A stretch of DNA of 21,305 bases, taken from positions 1-21,305 of the forward strand of contig JAWOID010000096.1 in NCBI GenBank assembly GCA_046484865.1. The letters are read 5' to 3'. Positions 1 to 8,874 of this stretch are shown piece by piece. The stretch comes from Candidatus Krumholzibacteriia bacterium (GTDB lineage: Bacteria; Krumholzibacteriota; Krumholzibacteriia; LZORAL124-64-63). A program made the position numbers and the translations under genes. Numbering within the stretch: position 1 is the first letter of the stretch; each line of letters opens with the position of its first letter. The notes below the pieces were generated by a model. It was not told where the DNA came from and ran no database searches. It was given only the letters and a program-made list of their open reading frames with translations.

Positions 1-372
1 GCGGTCAGGGATCGAGTGCGTCCACCGCTTCCACTCGTCCGCCGTCCGAAACTGCTGACCGTCGTACACGTGACGGTGAAGCAGCAAGTGCCCGACCTCG
101 TGCGTCAGTGTCCAGCGGAAACGTGACGGGAATCTCTCGGCGACTTCCAGGTCCACATCAATCTCCTGGAGATCGCTCGTGATGAATCCAACCGTCCCGA
201 TACGGTCCTGAAGCCCGAGAACGGGGACGATGTTGATCCCGAGGCGGAACTCGATGATCTCCTCGATGGGCAGAGGGAGGATGCCTTCCGGGTTGTGCTC
301 AGCCAGGAAGGCGTCCGCGCGTGGTCTACTGTTCTCGGGAGGGAGATAGGGGATCTGACGTTCCCAATCCAC
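1..372 (-). CDS. ImmA/IrrE-family Zn metallopeptidase (3'-truncated by window edge)
   Basis: Not in the ORF track because it runs off the edge. GTG at 372-370 overlaps the upstream TAG (TAGTG). Manual translation MDWERQIPYLPP...PLPIEEIIEFRLGINIV...RFRWTLTHEVGHLLLH contains R-x-x-T-L-x-HExxH, typical of ImmA/IrrE. Confidence 0.88.
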   Translation of the reverse strand, partial: MDWERQIPYLPPENSRPRADAFLAEHNPEGILPLPIEEIIEFRLGINIVPVLGLQDRIGTVGFITSDLQEIDVDLEVAERFPSRFRWTLTHEVGHLLLHRHVYDGQQFRTADEWKRWTHSIPDR

Positions 373-740
373 TACGTTCCGCCTCCCTTGCGGATCATCT
401 CGATGAGCTGATCGAGTTCCTCGTCCTCGATCTGCTGTCCTCGCATGGTGCGCAGGAAAGCGGGAAGGCACGCCATGAGCTGTTCGTTCGCCAAGGCGTC
501 CTGCGGCAGCCGGCCGGCGGCGGTGGCGGCCAGGTCCATGAACTCCTGCCATTCATCGGTGCCGCGCTTCAGCCCGAGTGTCGCGGCGTAGTGCTCCAGT
601 TTCTCCGCGTCCTGCGGCGGGGCAAGAAGCCCGCGCTCAATTCGGCTCACGTATGCCGGGTCCATTCCGGCGCGTGTGCAGAACTGGCGGAGTGTCTCGC
701 CTCTCTCAACTCGGATCTTCCGAGCGTGCTGTCCGAACAT
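372..740 (-). CDS. XRE-family helix-turn-helix transcriptional regulator
   Basis: 122 aa with FGQHARKIRVERGETLRQFCTRAGMDPAYVSRIERG (XRE/HTH_3 pattern). Strong SD GAGGAGGTGA before the ATG; translationally coupled to the IrrE-like gene. Confidence 0.9.
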   Translation of the reverse strand: MFGQHARKIRVERGETLRQFCTRAGMDPAYVSRIERGLLAPPQDAEKLEHYAATLGLKRGTDEWQEFMDLAATAAGRLPQDALANEQLMACLPAFLRTMRGQQIEDEELDQLIEMIRKGGGT

Positions 741-771
741 ATGTCACCTCCTCACCTGGACATATCGGCCG

Positions 772-811
772 GTGTTGTCAAGAATTTACAACACGAAGAA
801 GGGAGCGTCAA
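772..811 (-). promoter_or_regulatory. sigma70 promoter of XRE-IrrE operon overlapped by a putative operator palindrome
   Basis: Minus strand TTGACG (811-806), 17-nt spacer, TAAATT (788-783). Imperfect inverted repeat GTGTTGTCAA-GAA-TTTACAACAC at 772-794 covers the -10. Confidence 0.65.
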
Positions 812-920
812 GCGACCGTTTTCGGGGCCACGCGCCCAGCGGCGTCGGGCGTGTCAAGAATGCCCAAACCCGACCAGAGCGCTCTGGCGCACACGGCAAT
901 CTCCTGCCATATTTGAGGTT

Positions 921-2405
921 ATGATCACCCTGACGGCTCCTTTCCCGAGCCCGTACCACCGGGCCCACGCCTGGCAGGCGGGGGACCGCATCGTGCGTGT
1001 GGACGGCCGCGAGGTGGAGGACATCCTCGACCTCTACTACTACGTGCCCGACGGCGGCAGCATGCGGCTGACGATCGCGCGGGACGACGGCAGCGAGCGC
1101 GAGGTGGTGCTGCCGCCGGCGAGCCTCGACGTGATCCGGGCCGCCTTCGCGCCGCTGGAGTTCAAGCGCTGCGCCTGCGCGTGCGTCTTCTGCTTCGTCG
1201 ACCAGAATCCGCCGGGGATGCGCGATTCCATCTACGTCAAGGACGAGGACTACCGCTTCAGCTTCCTGTACGGCAACTACGTCACCCTGACCAGCCTGGG
1301 CAGGAAGGGGCTGCGGCGGGTGATCGACCAGCGCATGTCGCCGCTCTATGTCTCGGTGCACGCCACCGACGCCGGCGTGCGCGCGCGCCTGCTCGGCATC
1401 GGTCGACGCCTGGACGTGGTCGAGGCGCTGCGGTCGCTGGTCGAGAACGGCATCGAGGTGCACACCCAGGTCGTGCTCTGTCCCGGCTGGAACGACGGCG
1501 AGGTCCTCGAGCGGACGTTCCGCGATCTCCTCGCGCTGGCGCCGCTGGCGGCGGCGGCGAGGGACGAGCCGGCGGCGAGCACTGCGCCGGCCGCAACGGC
1601 CGAACCGGCAGCGAGGACTGCGCCGGCCGCAGCAGCCGGACAGGCGGCGAGCGGCGCCGGCGCGCGCCCCGGTCCCGGGGGAGAGGAGATCGTCCCCGAC
1701 GACGCCGACCTGCCCGGCGAAGAGGGCGGGGTGCGGTCGCTGGCGGTGGTGCCGGTGGGGCTGACCGCCCATCGCGACGGGTTGACGCGCCTGGCGCCGG
1801 TGACCCCGGAGATCGCGCGGGAGGTGGTCGCGCGCGTGCGCGGCTGGCAGGAGGAGGCGACGGCTGCGGCGGGGCTTCCGTTCGTGCACCTGAGCGACGA
1901 GTTCTACCTGCTCGCCGGTGAACCCTTCCCACCTGCGGAGCGCTACGACGAGTTTCCGCAGCTGGACAACGGCGTGGGGCTCACCGTGCAGCTGCGCGAG
2001 ACGTGGCGCGAGGATCTCGCGCGCCTCGTCGCCGAGGGACGGGCGCCGCGCGTGCCGCTCACGGTGCTCACCGGGGTGCTCGCCGCCGAGGCCTTCGCCC
2101 GCGAACTGGTGCCGGCGCTCGCCGCCGCCGGCGTGCCGTCCGTGGAGGTCGTTCCGGTCGAGAACACGCTCTTCGGCACCCCGGTCACCGTGGCCGGCCT
2201 CCTGTCGGGCGCCGACCTCAGGCGCGCCCTGCTCGCGCTGCCGGCCGAGCCGCGGCGCACGGTGGCCCTGCCGGCTCGCGTCTTCAACAGCGACGGGCTG
2301 ACGCTCGACGACCTCACGGTCGAGCAGATCGCCGCCGGCACGCCCCACCGGGTTGTGGTCCCGCCGGACGAGGGTTTCGTTGACTTCTGGGCGGAGCTAC
2401 CATAG
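921..2405 (+). CDS. DUF512 / PDZ-containing putative radical SAM Fe-S protein
   Basis: Start moved to ATG 921 (GAGG upstream). N-terminal PDZ-like GDRIVRVDG, CxxxCxxC (CACACVFC-FVDQ), YVKDEDYRFSFLYGNYVTL, SPLYVSVH, QVVLCPGWNDG, QLDNGVG, TVAGLLSG. Usual position upstream of der. Confidence 0.9.
   Translation: MITLTAPFPSPYHRAHAWQAGDRIVRVDGREVEDILDLYYYVPDGGSMRLTIARDDGSEREVVLPPASLDVIRAAFAPLEFKRCACACVFCFVDQNPPGMRDSIYVKDEDYRFSFLYGNYVTLTSLGRKGLRRVIDQRMSPLYVSVHATDAGVRARLLGIGRRLDVVEALRSLVENGIEVHTQVVLCPGWNDGEVLERTFRDLLALAPLAAAARDEPAASTAPAATAEPAARTAPAAAAGQAASGAGARPGPGGEEIVPDDADLPGEEGGVRSLAVVPVGLTAHRDGLTRLAPVTPEIAREVVARVRGWQEEATAAAGLPFVHLSDEFYLLAGEPFPPAERYDEFPQLDNGVGLTVQLRETWREDLARLVAEGRAPRVPLTVLTGVLAAEAFARELVPALAAAGVPSVEVVPVENTLFGTPVTVAGLLSGADLRRALLALPAEPRRTVALPARVFNSDGLTLDDLTVEQIAAGTPHRVVVPPDEGFVDFWAELP
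1566..1637 (+). repeat. 2 x 36-bp imperfect tandem repeat within the DUF512 gene
   Basis: Encodes EPAASTAPAATA / EPAARTAPAAAA. Confidence 0.8.
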
Positions 2406-2546
2406 GTTCCGGGGCACGTCGCGCCCCGCCCCGGGGGGCGGCGCGGCCGCCGGAACATCCTCCCGAACTCTCGCTGCCGTGGCCCGGTCGGCCTTCCGTG
2501 GTTCAGCGCTGTCCGCCCGGAGTCGTCGGCGCCGGAGGTAAGCCCC

Positions 2547-3857
2547 GTGGCCCTGCGCGCGGTGGCCATCGTAGGTCGTCCGAACGTCGGCAAGTCGACG
2601 CTCTTCAACCGCATCGTCGGAGAGCGGCGCGCCGTCGTGCACGAGACGTCCGGCGTCACGCGCGACCGCATCGTGGCGCAGGCCGAGTGGACCGGCCACG
2701 GCTTTCTGGTGATGGACACCGGCGGGATCATCCCCTTCGGCGAGAAGGTCTCCGACTTCGACGAGATCGTCTCCGAGGTGTCGCGCCGCGCCATCGAGGA
2801 AGCCGACGTCGTCATCCTGCTCGTCGACGGTCAGGTGGGTCCCATGGCGTGGGACGAGGCCATCGCCCGCGACCTGCGCCAGAGCGGCAGACCAGTGATC
2901 GTGGCGGTGAACAAGACGGAGAAGCCGTCGGCCGCCCTCACCGCCGGCGAGTTCTTCACCCTCGGCCTGGGCGAGCCCATGGCGATCAGCGCTCTGCACG
3001 GCCGGGGCGTGGCCGACCTGCTCGACCGCGTGGTGGCCGACTTCCCGGCGGTCGTGCCCGAACCGCCCTGCGACGCGCGCATCGCCATCGTCGGCCGGCC
3101 GAACGTCGGCAAGTCGACGCTCCTGAACGAACTCGTCGGCCACGAGGCGGCTCTCGTCAGCGACATTCCCGGCACCACCCGCGACTCCATCCACACCGAT
3201 CTGCGCTGGCACGGCCGCACGCTCCGGCTCATCGACACGGCCGGACTGCGCCGCAAGAGCAAGGTGCAGGAGGCGGTGGAGGCTTTCAGTACCATGCGCA
3301 CGATCCGCGCCATCGAGGAGTGCGACGTGGCGGTGCTGATGATCGACGCCGCTGCGGGCGTGGTGACCCAGGACTCGAAGATCGCCGGGCTGATCCACGA
3401 CCGCGGCCGCGGCGTGGTGGTGGCGTTCAACAAGTGGGATCTGCTGGAGAAGGACAAGGACACGCACCTGCGCGCCTGGGACGCCTTCCTGCGCGAGATC
3501 CCCTTCCTCACCTACGCGCCCTGGTTCACGTTCAGCGCGGTCACCAAGCAGCGCATCGGGCGCATCCTGGAGATGGTCTGGAAGGTGCACCAGGAGCGGC
3601 ACAAGCGCATCGGCACTTCCCAGCTCAACGACGCCCTGGCGGAGATCACGGGCCGGCAGCCGCCCCGACACCACGCCGGCGGACTGGGCAGGATCTACTA
3701 CGCCACCCAGGCGGAGGCGGCCCCGCCGGTGTTCGTGCTCTCCGTGAACGAACCCAAGTTCTTCGCCCGGAACTACCTGCGATACATCAACAACCAGATC
3801 CGGCAGCGCTACGGTTTCGAGGGCAGCCGGATCTTCGTCAAGCTGAAGAAGCACTGA
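2547..3857 (+). CDS. der: Ribosome biogenesis GTPase Der (EngA)
   Basis: Two tandem G domains (GRPNVGKST twice, DTGG/DTAG, NKTE/NKWD) and a C-terminal KH-like domain. SD GGAGG before GTG. Confidence 0.97.
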   Translation: MALRAVAIVGRPNVGKSTLFNRIVGERRAVVHETSGVTRDRIVAQAEWTGHGFLVMDTGGIIPFGEKVSDFDEIVSEVSRRAIEEADVVILLVDGQVGPMAWDEAIARDLRQSGRPVIVAVNKTEKPSAALTAGEFFTLGLGEPMAISALHGRGVADLLDRVVADFPAVVPEPPCDARIAIVGRPNVGKSTLLNELVGHEAALVSDIPGTTRDSIHTDLRWHGRTLRLIDTAGLRRKSKVQEAVEAFSTMRTIRAIEECDVAVLMIDAAAGVVTQDSKIAGLIHDRGRGVVVAFNKWDLLEKDKDTHLRAWDAFLREIPFLTYAPWFTFSAVTKQRIGRILEMVWKVHQERHKRIGTSQLNDALAEITGRQPPRHHAGGLGRIYYATQAEAAPPVFVLSVNEPKFFARNYLRYINNQIRQRYGFEGSRIFVKLKKH

Positions 3858-3885
3858 TGAAGCGCGTCGCCGCGACGGAGTGAGC

Positions 3886-4581
3886 ATGCTGTTGATCCTC
3901 TGCCTCGTTGTCGCCTACCTGCTGGGCGCGATCCCGTTCAGTTTCATCATCGCGAAGCGGGTCAAGGGGATCGACCTGCGCCTGCACGGCAGCGGCAACC
4001 TGGGCGCCACCAACGTCTACCGCACGCTGGGCCCGGGCTGGGGCACCCTCTGCCTGCTGCTCGACATGGCCAAGGGCGCGCTGGCGGTGTTCCTGATGAC
4101 GCTGCTGGTGAACTCGTGGCCGGTGCACGAGCCCACGCCGCTGCGGATCACGCCCGACCTCTACCGCATCTTCGCCGGCGTGGCCGCCACGCTGGGGCAC
4201 ACCTTCTCGCCGTTCGTGAGCTTCAGGGGCGGCAAGGGCGTGGCCACGGTCGCGGGAGCGTTCGTCGTCCTCGAACCCCTGCCGATCCTGGTCTGCGTCG
4301 TGGTCTTCGCGGCCGTGTTCGCGGCCACGCGCATCGTCTCGCTGGGCAGCATCGCCGCGGCGGCGGTCTTTCCCGTGGCCACGCTGGTGTTCGAGTTCCG
4401 CGACGACGAGTTTTCGCGCACCCTCTTCTTCTTCTCGCTGGCGGTGGCCGCGTGGGTGGTCTTCAAGCATCGCGAGAACATCCGGCGCCTGAGAGCGGGA
4501 ACCGAGCAGACGCTCACGGCCGGCAACAACGGCGACCGGGAACGGGACCGCACCGGGAGTGGTCGCGGGAGCGGCCGCTGA
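3886..4581 (+). CDS. plsY: Glycerol-3-phosphate acyltransferase PlsY
   Basis: YLLGAIPFS, GSGNLGATNVYR, DMAKG, GHTFSPF-x-x-FRGGKGVAT, KHRENIRRLRAGTE. Alternative GTG start at 3880. Confidence 0.95.
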   Translation: MLLILCLVVAYLLGAIPFSFIIAKRVKGIDLRLHGSGNLGATNVYRTLGPGWGTLCLLLDMAKGALAVFLMTLLVNSWPVHEPTPLRITPDLYRIFAGVAATLGHTFSPFVSFRGGKGVATVAGAFVVLEPLPILVCVVVFAAVFAATRIVSLGSIAAAAVFPVATLVFEFRDDEFSRTLFFFSLAVAAWVVFKHRENIRRLRAGTEQTLTAGNNGDRERDRTGSGRGSGR

Positions 4582-4591
4582 GGGAGGCACG

Positions 4592-5608
4592 ATGCGAGCG
4601 GCGATCCTCGGCACCGGCAGCTGGGCCACCGCCTTCGGTCACCATCTGGCCCATCGCTGGAATCGCGTGATCCTCTGGGGTGTGGAATCCGCTCAGGTGA
4701 ACGCGATCAACACGACCGGCCGCAACCCGCATTTCCTGGACGACCTGAACCTGCCGCCCAACCTGAGCGCCACGCTCGAGATCGACCACGCGCTCGAGCG
4801 TGCCGACGCCGTGTTCGTGACCGTGCCCAGCCAGGCCGTGCGCGAAGTCTGCCGCCGGGCGGCGGCGAGCCCGAGCCTGGGTTCGGGCGTTCCATTCGTC
4901 AGCCTCGCCAAGGGTTTCGAGTTGGGCACCTTGAAGCGCCTGAGCGAGGTCATCGGCGAGGAGTTGCGGACCGCCGGTCGCGGCGACGATCACCCCGTGG
5001 CGGTGTTGCTCGGCCCCAGCCACGCCGAGGAGGTGGCGCGCGAGATGCCCACCGCCGTGGTCCTCGCGGGGTCGGGCGGCGACTGGGTACGCTGGCAGGT
5101 GCCCGTCTCGGGACCGTTCTTCCGGGTCTACACCAACGACGACCTGATCGGCGTGGAACTCGGGTCGGCTTTCAAGAACGTCATCGCCATCGCCGTGGGC
5201 ATGGGCGACGGCCTGGGACTCGGCGACAACACCCGCGGCGCGCTCATGACCCGCGGCATGGCGGAGCTGGCGCGTCTGGGCACGGCGCTCGGCGGTCGCG
5301 CCGAGACGTTCTTCGGCCTCGCCGGCATCGGCGACATGATCACCACCTGCATCAGCCGCCACAGCCGTAACCGCAATTTCGGGGAGGCGGTGGCCTTGAG
5401 CGACGAGGATCCGCAGGTGCTGCTCGCCCGCGCGTCCCAGGTTGTGGAAGGCGCCGTGATGACGCAGGCCGGGTTGAAGCTTGGCGAGAAGTACGGCGTG
5501 GAACTTCCCATTACCGAACAGGTTCACGATGTGCTATTCTCCGGCAAACCGCCTCGCCAGGCCCTGCGGGAACTGATGGACCGCGAGCCCAAGGCGGAAC
5601 TGCAGTGA
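4592..5608 (+). CDS. gpsA: NAD(P)H-dependent glycerol-3-phosphate dehydrogenase
   Basis: GTGSWATA Rossmann motif, GPSHAEEV, KNVIAIA, GDNTRGALMTRG, GLAGIGDMITTC-SRHSRNR. SD GGAGG before ATG 4592. Confidence 0.96.
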   Translation: MRAAILGTGSWATAFGHHLAHRWNRVILWGVESAQVNAINTTGRNPHFLDDLNLPPNLSATLEIDHALERADAVFVTVPSQAVREVCRRAAASPSLGSGVPFVSLAKGFELGTLKRLSEVIGEELRTAGRGDDHPVAVLLGPSHAEEVAREMPTAVVLAGSGGDWVRWQVPVSGPFFRVYTNDDLIGVELGSAFKNVIAIAVGMGDGLGLGDNTRGALMTRGMAELARLGTALGGRAETFFGLAGIGDMITTCISRHSRNRNFGEAVALSDEDPQVLLARASQVVEGAVMTQAGLKLGEKYGVELPITEQVHDVLFSGKPPRQALRELMDREPKAELQ

Positions 5609-5709
5609 GGCGCCGATCACCCCGCACCGAGACGTCGCGCCGGCGTTGAATGCCTGCGGCGCGGCGATCGCGGCGGGTCGGCGCGCCAGCGCGTTGGGGG
5701 GCGCCAGCC

Positions 5710-6231
5710 ATGGGCAATGACAGCGGCCGTTCCGACCCGATTCCCAGGAAGCTCTACTACACGATCAGCGAGGTCGCCGAGCTGACGGGGGTCAAGCCCC
5801 ACGTGCTGCGCTACTGGGAGAGCGAGTTCTCCACCCTGCGCCCCGGCAAGGGTCGGTCGGGCAGCCGGCGCTACCGCCGCACCGACATCGACGAGGTCCT
5901 GGCGATCAAGACCCTCCTCTACGACGAGGGGTTCAAGATCGCCGGAGCCCGCAAGCTGCGGCGCGAGGCGCACCAGCGGAGCCGGCAACAGGCGCAAGCC
6001 GCTCCCACGCAGCTGGCCATGGCCTTCGGCGATCTCGACCGCGCCGAGCAGGTGGAAGTGCTGCGACGCGACACGCGCGAGATCCTGGGCCTGCTCCACG
6101 AGTTGAGGGCGGGAGTTTCGACGCCGGACGAGACCTCGGCGGAGCCCGATCCGCGCCGGACGAAGACGGCCGCGGACGAGCCGCGGAAAGCCGCGACCCC
6201 GCCGCTGCGGCGCCGGGCCGCCCGGGGCTGA
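5710..6231 (+). CDS. MerR-family transcriptional regulator
   Basis: KLYYTISEVAELTGVKPHVLRYWESEF...RRY...IKTLLYDEGFKIAGARK. This MerR type commonly precedes tRNA-Pro(GGG). Confidence 0.93.
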   Translation: MGNDSGRSDPIPRKLYYTISEVAELTGVKPHVLRYWESEFSTLRPGKGRSGSRRYRRTDIDEVLAIKTLLYDEGFKIAGARKLRREAHQRSRQQAQAAPTQLAMAFGDLDRAEQVEVLRRDTREILGLLHELRAGVSTPDETSAEPDPRRTKTAADEPRKAATPPLRRRAARG

Positions 6232-6286
6232 GGTTTGGCCGGGCGGCGGCGCGGGGCTCGCCCATCCCGGGCACCGCGATCCGGGC

Positions 6287-6315
6287 TTGTGAGCGTTTCG
6301 CCACCGTATTAGATT
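6287..6315 (+). promoter_or_regulatory. Putative sigma70 promoter for tRNA-Pro(GGG)
   Basis: TTGTGA, 17 nt, TAGATT, about 60 nt upstream of the tRNA in an otherwise GC-rich spacer. Confidence 0.5.
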
Positions 6316-6377
6316 GGATTCCCCGCGCCGGGGCCCCCGCCGGTCATTCCGGCCCCTTGCGCGCGGCACAGCTCGGT

Positions 6378-6454
6378 CGGGCCGTGGCGCAGTCCGGTAG
6401 CGCACTTGCATGGGGGGCAAGGGGTCGCGAGTTCAAATCTCGCCGGCCCGACCA
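6378..6454 (+). tRNA. tRNA-Pro (anticodon GGG)
   Basis: Acceptor CGGGCCG/CGGCCCG, D stem GCGC/GCGC, anticodon stem CTTGC/GCAAG with loop AT-GGG-GG, T arm GCGAG-TTCAAAT-CTCGC, encoded ACCA. Confidence 0.95.
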
Positions 6455-6472
6455 CATAATACCTTAAGATAC

Positions 6473-6507
6473 AGGGACTTGCGACAGCAGCAGGTCCCTT
6501 CTCTTAT
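6473..6507 (+). terminator. Putative intrinsic terminator after tRNA-Pro
   Basis: AGGGACTTGC-7 nt-GCAGGTCCCT hairpin (one G-U pair) followed by TCTCTTAT. Confidence 0.6.
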
Positions 6508-6529
6508 GTCAGGGATCCGCCTGGGATGT

Positions 6530-6934
6530 TCATGGTTTCGCCTTCGGCGCCGACCAGACGATGACCAGGCCCAGCAGGCTGCCCACGACCAGAGGTACGG
6601 CCTGCCACCAGTGGGTGTGCCGAAGGATGTCCGAGAGGCCCACGCCGAGACTGTAGTAGAGGAAGTAGTAGATGGCCCCCACCAACGCGTGCACACCCAG
6701 GAACGTCAGCAGTGCGACGCCGGTCTTCCACTTCGGCGCGATCACGGCAGCCACGCAGACCACCGCGGGGACGTACATCATCCCGCCCAGGATGCCCACG
6801 ACGAGATCCCAGACGCTCTGCGGCACCGCCAGGCGCTCGACGAACCCGGCCGGCCGGACGGTCAAGAACAGCGCCGGGAACAGCAGGAGCCACCGGAATG
6901 GCGAACCATTCTGCCGCGCCGGGGAGCGGACCAT
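6530..6934 (-). CDS. Hypothetical membrane protein (about 4 hydrophobic segments)
   Basis: Hydrophobic stretches with GC3-rich codons (WLLLFPALFL, LVVGILGGMMYVPAVVCVAAVI, VALLTFLGVHALVGAIYYFLYY, AVPLVVGSLLGLVIVW). Start uncertain; ORF is open to 7144. Confidence 0.6.
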   Translation of the reverse strand: MVRSPARQNGSPFRWLLLFPALFLTVRPAGFVERLAVPQSVWDLVVGILGGMMYVPAVVCVAAVIAPKWKTGVALLTFLGVHALVGAIYYFLYYSLGVGLSDILRHTHWWQAVPLVVGSLLGLVIVWSAPKAKP

Positions 6935-7161
6935 GTCGGACGTGGCCCCCGTTGGGAACGTGAGCGGGGAGATCGCAGCAAGCTGCGGCAGCTCTGCTGG
7001 ACGGTGAGAATCGGTCCGAAGATACCGGGCGGGCGGGTCGTTGTCCATCGGCGGCACACCCCGAGGACCGCGTGGCGGGGGCGGCCCATTCCCTCGTTTC
7101 GCCGGCGCGCCCCGTGCACTATCGTTGCCCTGCCGCCCGGCCACCGCTACCGGAGGATCTC

Positions 7162-7836
7162 ATGACCGTCGGCGTCATCCTGCCTGCCTACAACGCCGCC
7201 GCTCACGTGGGGGCGGTCGTGCGGGAGATCCGTGAGCGGGAACCGGGGTTCCGGGTCCTGGTGGTGGACGACGGCAGCGTCGACGGCACGGACGAGACCG
7301 CCCGCGCGACGGGCGCGGAGGTGGCGATCCACGCGGTGAACCGGGGCAAGGGCGCCGCCCTGAGCACGGGCTTCGCCTGGGCTCTTGCCGAGGGGCTGGA
7401 GTGGGTGTACACCATGGACGCCGACGGCCAGCACCTGCCGGCGGAGATGGACCGCTTCCTCGAGCGGGCCCGCGCCGAGCGCCTGGACGTGGTCGTCGGC
7501 AACCGCATGGACCGCACCGGCACCATGCCCTGGGAACGCAAGGCCACCAACGTCTTCACGTCCTGGGTGGTGGGGCGCATGGCCGGCAAGCGGATCCCGG
7601 ACTCGCAGAACGGATTCCGGCTCTACCGGGTGGAAGTGCTGCGCGGCCTCACGATCGCGGCACAGCGCTACGACGCCGAGAGCGAGGTCCTGGTCAAGCT
7701 CGGCCGGCGCGGCGCCCGCATCGGCGACGTGCCCGTGACGGCCGTCTACGGGGTGGAGAAGAGCAGCATCCGGCCGCTGGTCGACACCGGCCGCTTCTTC
7801 CGGCTCGTGTGGCGACTGCGGCACGAGCATCACTGA
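7162..7836 (+). CDS. Glycosyltransferase family 2 (DPM1/polyprenol-phosphate glycosyltransferase-like)
   Basis: VILPAYN, VVDDGSVDGT, NRGKGAAL, TMDADGQH, DSQNGFRLY. SD GGAGG before ATG 7162. Confidence 0.93.
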   Translation: MTVGVILPAYNAAAHVGAVVREIREREPGFRVLVVDDGSVDGTDETARATGAEVAIHAVNRGKGAALSTGFAWALAEGLEWVYTMDADGQHLPAEMDRFLERARAERLDVVVGNRMDRTGTMPWERKATNVFTSWVVGRMAGKRIPDSQNGFRLYRVEVLRGLTIAAQRYDAESEVLVKLGRRGARIGDVPVTAVYGVEKSSIRPLVDTGRFFRLVWRLRHEHH

Positions 7837-7929
7837 CAGACGTCGCGACGGCCGCCGCCGGCTGCAGCGGCGGGTCGCCGGGCGCGCCGGCATCGCCGGG
7901 CGAGCCGCGCGTCGAGCGAAGGAATCTGC

Positions 7930-8874
7930 ATGGAATCGTCGCCGGGCAAGCATATCCTGATCACCAACGACGACGGCATCGACGCCTACGGCCTCGGCGT
8001 CCTCGTGGAGAACGTGAGCGCCCTGCCGGGCATGCGCGTGACGGTGGTCGCGCCCAGCGCGCAGCAGAGCGCCACCAGCCACAGCCTGACCTTGACCGCG
8101 CCCCTGCGGGTGATCCGGCGCGGGCGCGGGCGCTACGCGGTGACCGGCACGCCCACCGACGCGGTGCTGATGGCGCTGGAACAGATCCTCGCGGACGACC
8201 CGCCGGACGTGGTCCTGTCGGGCATCAACCACGGACCGAACATGGGGGAGGACGTCCTCTACTCCGGCACCGTGGCGGCGGCCATGGAGGGGGCTCTGTT
8301 CCACAAGCCGAGCTTCGCGCTGTCGCTGGCGAGCTGGCACCCGCGCGACTTCTCGGGCGCCGCCGCGTTCGTGCGGCGCTTCCTGCCGCGGCTGCTCGAA
8401 CAGCCGCTGCCGCCCGGCACGCTGCTGAACATCAACATCCCCGACGGTCCCGAGGACGCGCTCAAGGGCGTCAAGGTGGCCAAGCTCGGCTCGCGCGTGT
8501 ACCACGACGTGATCACGGATCACGTCGATCCGCGCGGTCGGCCCTACTACTGGATCGGCGGTCGCGGCCCCACCTGGGAGGAAGCGCCGGACACCGACTA
8601 CACCGCGCTGTCGGCGGGATACGTCGCGGTGACGCCGCTGATGATCGACATCACCGACTACAAGCTGCTGGCGGAGATGAGCAAGTTCGAGACCGACGGT
8701 CTGCCGGGCCAGCCGATCGCCGAGCCCGACCGCTACCGGCCCAGCGGCGACGTCGGCGAGGCGGACGGGCCGGACGACCCGCGCGGGCCGGGCGTGCCCC
8801 GCGACGCGCGCGACCCCGGCCGCGGTGGGCGGGATCCGGGTGCCGCCGGCGACGAGTGGACCGGCGAATCATGA
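7930..8874 (+). CDS. surE: 5'/3'-nucleotidase SurE
   Basis: ILITNDDGI, VVAP...QSATSHSLT, GTPTDAV, SGINHGPNMGEDVLYSGTVAAAMEG, DPRGRPYYWI. Confidence 0.96.
   Translation: MESSPGKHILITNDDGIDAYGLGVLVENVSALPGMRVTVVAPSAQQSATSHSLTLTAPLRVIRRGRGRYAVTGTPTDAVLMALEQILADDPPDVVLSGINHGPNMGEDVLYSGTVAAAMEGALFHKPSFALSLASWHPRDFSGAAAFVRRFLPRLLEQPLPPGTLLNINIPDGPEDALKGVKVAKLGSRVYHDVITDHVDPRGRPYYWIGGRGPTWEEAPDTDYTALSAGYVAVTPLMIDITDYKLLAEMSKFETDGLPGQPIAEPDRYRPSGDVGEADGPDDPRGPGVPRDARDPGRGGRDPGAAGDEWTGES

Noticed and set aside
321..920. 200-aa N-terminal extension of the 694-aa ORF
   Set aside because: It is antisense to the real XRE gene and crosses its promoter; DUF512 similarity begins at ATG 921.
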